Below are positions 61,901 through 64,000 of a DNA stretch of 64,000 nt, piece by piece. Origin of the DNA: Setoptus koraiensis (lineage: Eukaryota; Animalia; Arthropoda); assembly GCA_048013815.1 (NCBI GenBank), contig CM106585.1, positions 20,398,001 through 20,462,000 of the forward strand, written 5' to 3'. Within the stretch, counting starts at the first letter, position 1. Every line of letters starts with the position of its first letter. Made by a program: the position numbers and the translations under genes. The notes beneath the pieces are model-generated. The model made no database searches, was not told the DNA's origin, and saw nothing but the letters and a program-made list of their open reading frames with translations.

Positions 61901-64000
61901 CGACTGCAACGATGATATTACGAGAAAGGTGAGCTTACCCTGTGATACTAATATGAGTGATAGGCAGTTATCATCCGAGGAACAAAATGCAGCGTCCAGA
62001 GTGATGGGTGATACTAATACACAAGCCCTTCCAGGTGGAGCAACAATAGGTGTCCAGTTAACATCGAACCTACATGATCCTACGTCATCCTCTAACCTTA
62101 TCCAGCTTCAAATAGAATCTCTCATGAAACAAATGCTCAAAACAATACAAGAAAATTCCAAATCAAATAAGAATAGGGGACAGAAGAGTGCAGCTGATGA
62201 TAAAGTATCTAGTAATAGTTCGTTGCAAGACTTTGAATGCAATATGCGTCAATTAGCTCAATTGATTGCGGCTTCGCAAAGTCTTAATAATAGCCAGCAT
62301 CATATAGCCAATTCACCAATGAATTCAATCAACTTTATCAATCTTGAATCAACGCAAAACAAACAAAATTCCAACCAGAGGGCTCAATCAGCCACTGGTA
62401 CGTCCACAAGCAACAATAGTGATTATGGTAGTGATACTCAATCGTCTTCAGCAGATTGTCTTCTACAAGCAAATGAAGAAGAGGGTTTGCTGGCGATTAT
62501 ACCATCTCATCATGATCAAGCGTTGTACCCATCACCACCTAATTCTAGAACCAATCTAAGTCAAAACCATCGCCAGAGTCGTCTTCAACAGCAACAACAA
62601 CAACAGCAGCACCATTCTAATCGAAAATTACTAACTACGACTACAATATCTCCAATATTGTCAAAACAGTCATCACTGGCGGAACAAATGCCACCACCAG
62701 TAACGGCTGCCAATAGCAATCAACAGCAGCAACATTCATCAGCTCCTGTAGCCATCGAATTGTGCCAGAAAATGATTGAATCTTTCAAGAAATTGACCGA
62801 GCAACGAGACACGACTGTTTCGACATCAACTAGCACGATTGACGGATTTGCAACGAAATTGGATGTTACATCATCAGCGCCAGGTGTGCGACGAGAGGAA
62901 ACTTGTGAACAGATGAAAAGCGATGATCGATCATTGTTAGAAAGAACCTCGACTATTAACGAACAGCAAAAAGTAAAAACTGTTTCTAGACAAGAGGAGA
63001 CGATAAATCCAGAGAGTGAAGAACAAAAGATGCAGAATGATCATCATTATGACCAGGAGCGCCAGTTAATAAAAGATGAGGCTTACGAGTATCTGAAAAA
63101 TCAGATCAATAATATCATGGATACAATTCAATTACAACCTAATCTATCATCACTCCGAGCGCACAATGATTCCGGTTGTAATAATTATGATAATAATCTA
63201 GAAGCTATAGCCAAAAAACCTGCCGCAGCGGCTTCTGCAATAGCTGACGAAGAGTCTAGTCATGATAATTCCTCTCACGATAAGATTATCATGAATGTGC
63301 AATCAAAGCAAGAACAGCAGCAACAAAAATCTAGGCCAAGCTTACTGTCTGAAGCCAGTGAGACTAGCGAGGATGGAGCACGCTCTGATCATCAGCGTAA
63401 AGATAAAGAGGACGGTAATATGATAATGACAGATTCAAAATCAAATCAGTTGAGTCATGAATCAAAGGATGAAGACCAATCAGATGATCGAGGTATTGAA
63501 CTGAAAACGACTATACAACCTTGTCCACAACCTAGGAATAAGCACAAGACCCGTATAAGCTACAACCAAAGTCCGTCACCTGTGGCTATGAGCTCTCCTT
63601 CCAAACCTGGACCCGTAGTGGTAACAATTGGCGGTGGTCCAGGCCAAGTAAAATCGAGTGGCTCACAAAGTGGCAGATTGAATATCATAAATCTTGTCAA
63701 TAGAGACTATTCAAGTCAAAACTCCGATAACAATAAGGCACCATCATCGAATAAGGCATCCGTGCTTGATTGTTCATCATCCACGCTGTCTATGGTCTCT
63801 CCAATTACCACCAGCAACACCACTGAATCTTCCTCTTCTCCTAGTATAAGCATGAGTGCCAACAATGACAAGGACAACAATGCATCTCTAATTACGTCGC
63901 CATTTCACAGATCTGCCATTAACAGCCGTGAACATGCCTCCAGTAAAGTCGGTATCGAAATAGACAACTCACTAGATGGAAAGCGGCTTGATGCAAATCA
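58917..64000 (+). CDS. Giant single-exon ORF (>=1,694 codons, 3' partial) encoding a mostly low-complexity S/N/Q/D/H-rich protein
   Basis: ATG at 58917 follows TAA TAA at 58881-58886. I read the frame to the window end without a stop (MDFRHHNSDK...KRLDAN). It is absent from the ORF track because no stop codon lies in the window. Confidence 0.88.
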   Translation, partial: MDFRHHNSDKTATSMAPTQNDSSETAIKTTTTTTTTARHTINLQELEGIKKPSVAELVNKFKCKTGQEPHTTKPAIADPILLQSNANSNNNNNNNDIANNKRSPPATTTITNVNHDVPTARIDANTALRPKYSGYGPDTLVIKPPLQEDNIQLKKGRSIAAITGIASTKIDQSFNNNQQQDENQHLRDVEEDKDYNNKYQANDEQANCLNSLVLRGFEQETVKRSSTSYDSRLPVPSDVFIDDQSEDHHTTNNFSSYDYHDDDHENRLGHQRLNDDEDLRRRARNSTSYTKQQTNTDRLDKEDNAKKNTATTAYIRASNHQPFMRTQQQQFHNHNNNSMPNTDTDSSDEHQQTFVAGHRQQLSNLKNATNNSDRPQHTMATLQSMMIAARGDEELSKNLAHLDMDTMQINHPSHHSRLRHHPMFFEDLEHHSDHIYNEGFLPSAQDDYYYYGHAGDEDEDYIEAHVNHRMMHHHLDEDDHLIDDMDQIDDNYLDYGLHTIVEEDENSEEEEEEGDEEVDNISLHDDEDVTSNINVSKLPESTTTKKTFDGGNAMRVSEIDYDLNKSATTKQQARIQMQPLTQNTNITPVQPNFSSPSSSTQSTQSSEEQPTEYQKQKPLQQTKSDRTPSDSSLNSGGLLMTIPLRISNSVSLPNISVKPSSMNCVKTTNDFNHKHTLRAQSPNSKNPLFLALEQHQLLQHQKQKILVKKMQKKNRKLNGHDHISKKDETCPQLSSLDLNNLDDKMIDDLMTHVINSSSASSASSDSSSSMSMDMDDACVKITTNDDNGCRIVGIHEDEQHDHLMFSHHHGVLSSLDDLRGSSDEDEELMLISSTVAAKVTEKLHKSCLLNNGNSQTSSIENRSNRNVISTHQSSNIDSHHQNPEETSKDNSFVSHGCTGLGKTLSMSVTSQNNCQQNQAPSQQHQNKQQQDSSLFLMAPSKLEQYFTSGLIKRSSGSATNGCGSTLNINNSHLSSPDCKQHDDCPESDRDDDEVNDCNDDITRKVSLPCDTNMSDRQLSSEEQNAASRVMGDTNTQALPGGATIGVQLTSNLHDPTSSSNLIQLQIESLMKQMLKTIQENSKSNKNRGQKSAADDKVSSNSSLQDFECNMRQLAQLIAASQSLNNSQHHIANSPMNSINFINLESTQNKQNSNQRAQSATGTSTSNNSDYGSDTQSSSADCLLQANEEEGLLAIIPSHHDQALYPSPPNSRTNLSQNHRQSRLQQQQQQQQHHSNRKLLTTTTISPILSKQSSLAEQMPPPVTAANSNQQQQHSSAPVAIELCQKMIESFKKLTEQRDTTVSTSTSTIDGFATKLDVTSSAPGVRREETCEQMKSDDRSLLERTSTINEQQKVKTVSRQEETINPESEEQKMQNDHHYDQERQLIKDEAYEYLKNQINNIMDTIQLQPNLSSLRAHNDSGCNNYDNNLEAIAKKPAAAASAIADEESSHDNSSHDKIIMNVQSKQEQQQQKSRPSLLSEASETSEDGARSDHQRKDKEDGNMIMTDSKSNQLSHESKDEDQSDDRGIELKTTIQPCPQPRNKHKTRISYNQSPSPVAMSSPSKPGPVVVTIGGGPGQVKSSGSQSGRLNIINLVNRDYSSQNSDNNKAPSSNKASVLDCSSSTLSMVSPITTSNTTESSSSPSISMSANNDKDNNASLITSPFHRSAINSREHASSKVGIEIDNSLDGKRLDAN

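Noticed and set aside
59052-62559. Short minus-strand and off-frame ORFs listed in the last 5 kb
   Set aside because: They are shadows of the giant plus-strand ORF starting at 58917.

Overview
This is eukaryotic nuclear DNA from a very compact arthropod genome. Inference: it is mite-like, given an ABCH transporter, tight gene packing, ~90-160 nt GT-AG introns and abundant CA/AAC/TA microsatellites. I reconstructed about 20 protein-coding genes by eye with exon junctions: Ets97D/GABPA, mitochondrial EF-Tu, two orphan secreted proteins, a DLK/wallenda kinase, ALG8, PFDN5, a p55 MAGUK (5' end lost in a 500-N gap), a NUDT5-like protein, TRAPPC13-like, TMEM35/NACHO, TBC1D10, BORCS6, TMEM50, ABCH, RASEF, RBM25, RpS21, an orphan ORF, ENOPH1 and PSI/FUBP. 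A >1,690-codon ORF runs off the right edge and is missing from the supplied ORF track. The window also holds two decayed partial copies of the RASEF 3' region and two probable hAT transposase relics. No tRNA, rRNA or CRISPR array was seen. The most unusual signals are: (i) repeated clean loss of whole domains from conserved proteins (GABPA without PNT, DLK without leucine zippers, FUBP with 2 of 4 KH domains, NUDT5 without its Nudix box); (ii) a 34-nt overlap of the ALG8 and PFDN5 coding sequences; (iii) a duplicated convergent-gene 3' spacer sitting between another convergent pair, next to an orphan ORF head-to-head with RpS21; (iv) a GC-rich palindrome/13-mer array inside an ABCH intron. All family assignments come from remembered motifs; no database search was run.
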